DNA from: Octopus bimaculoides
Taxonomy: Eukaryota
Length of the DNA stretch: 40,165 bases
Reading direction: 5' to 3'
Assembly (NCBI RefSeq): GCF_001194135.2
Contig: NC_068981.1
Span: forward strand, 86,725,395 to 86,765,559
The position numbers were made by a program, and so were the translations under genes. Every line of letters starts with the position of its first letter. Positions within the stretch are counted from its first letter, which is position 1. The notes beneath the pieces are model-generated. The model was not told the DNA's origin. It did no database searches and saw nothing but the letters and a program-made list of their open reading frames with translations. Below are positions 39,180 through 40,165 of the stretch, piece after piece.

Positions 39180-39980
39180 ATTAGAAAATGGAGAAAACCA
39201 CAGATTAACAAACACATTGGACCACATTTATAGCTTATTTTTAATACAAAGCATGACATAATAAAATTGGTGACGTAACATATCTTACGGCCGTTACTGA
39301 TCGGTTACCAAAATGCAGTCTATAAATGAATACTAGAATAAAGTTCTTTATCTTCATAGGGCATTCGAATTAAGGCAACGGATCTTCAGCAGAGTAAAAA
39401 AACAAGAGCATACAATATAAACAAAGGGAAGAAGGAAAAGGAAGGAAAACATGGATTAGACAAATATTCTAGAAGCCCAATATGTTAAGAGCATATAATT
39501 TACCATCAAGGGGCTACAGGGTCCGTAGGTAAAAGAGTGAGCTAGTAACGGTCTAGGGAATGCTACAATTTATTAACGGGTAGGTGCAATTCGATTGAAG
39601 GGGGAGGATGTTTAAAAAAAGAAGTTATCAAGAAACTATATATAAGGAAAATGCTAACATGATTATCGAAAGGCGGTACCTATGCTAACGGAGTAAACTG
39701 AAGTAAAAGTAAACAATTATCGTAGGGTGCTTTAGAAAAATTTACTCACAGAAATTAATACTGAGAGTCCCACCTATGGTCCACAGTGGGGCAAGTCTAA
39801 GTTCAACGGTCAGTTACAACCGCATTTATTTATAGACTGCATTTTGGTAACCGATCAGTAACGGCCGTAAGATATGTTACGTCACCTATTTTGTTATGAC
39901 ATGCTTTGTATTAAAAATAATCTATAAATGTGGTCCAATCGATGTGTTTGTTAATCTGTGGTTTTCTCCATTTTCTGATT
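39179..39980. mobile_element. ~155-bp inverted repeats (39179-39331, 39826-39980) around ~490 bp; probable Penelope-type inverted insertion
   Basis: Arms near-identical as reverse complements; left arm ends in (TA)n; spacer shares ctgaccgttga with the 13.6-kb pseudo-LTR. Confidence 0.7.
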
Positions 39981-40128
39981 ATTTGCATTGGTTTATCCTG
40001 TTATCTGCACTCTACGTGCATGGTGTGCCTGCACACCAATGCTCGAGGATAATACAGGTAACGGATACCGATAGTACATACGGATATTTTATCCCTTAGT
40101 CGGTTATTATAACCGCTAACTTTGTTTA

Positions 40129-40165
<37 letters not shown>

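Overview
AT-rich eukaryotic draft-genome window with many N gaps. The SINE families, microsatellite load and element types suggest a cephalopod, probably Octopus (inference; not checked by search). No complete gene is present. The window is a nested graveyard of decayed mobile elements: Tc1/mariner copies with non-canonical catalytic spacing (DD35/36E-like, DD38E-like, DD37D), pogo, two hAT types, MITEs, RTE, CR1 and RLE-type LINE fragments, and many tRNA-derived SINEs. Most ORF-track entries are microsatellite or N-gap artefacts. Two short minus-strand segments (30584-30660 and 150-284) look like spliceable, phase-compatible exons, so most of the window may be one large intron. Three signals stand out. 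(1) A Penelope-associated set: two minimal type-I hammerhead ribozyme folds (13716-13752 +, 26825-26870 -), one decayed and one half copy, inverted 5' junctions, ends abutting (TA)n, a GIY-YIG fragment, and one hammerhead fused back-to-back to a tRNA-like Pol III head. (2) Two homologous L1/Tx1-like ORF1 elements with no ORF2; one is bounded by a perfect 12-bp TSD and the other is preceded by tandem ~355-bp monomers. (3) An intact-looking SAP-domain ORF start running into a gap.
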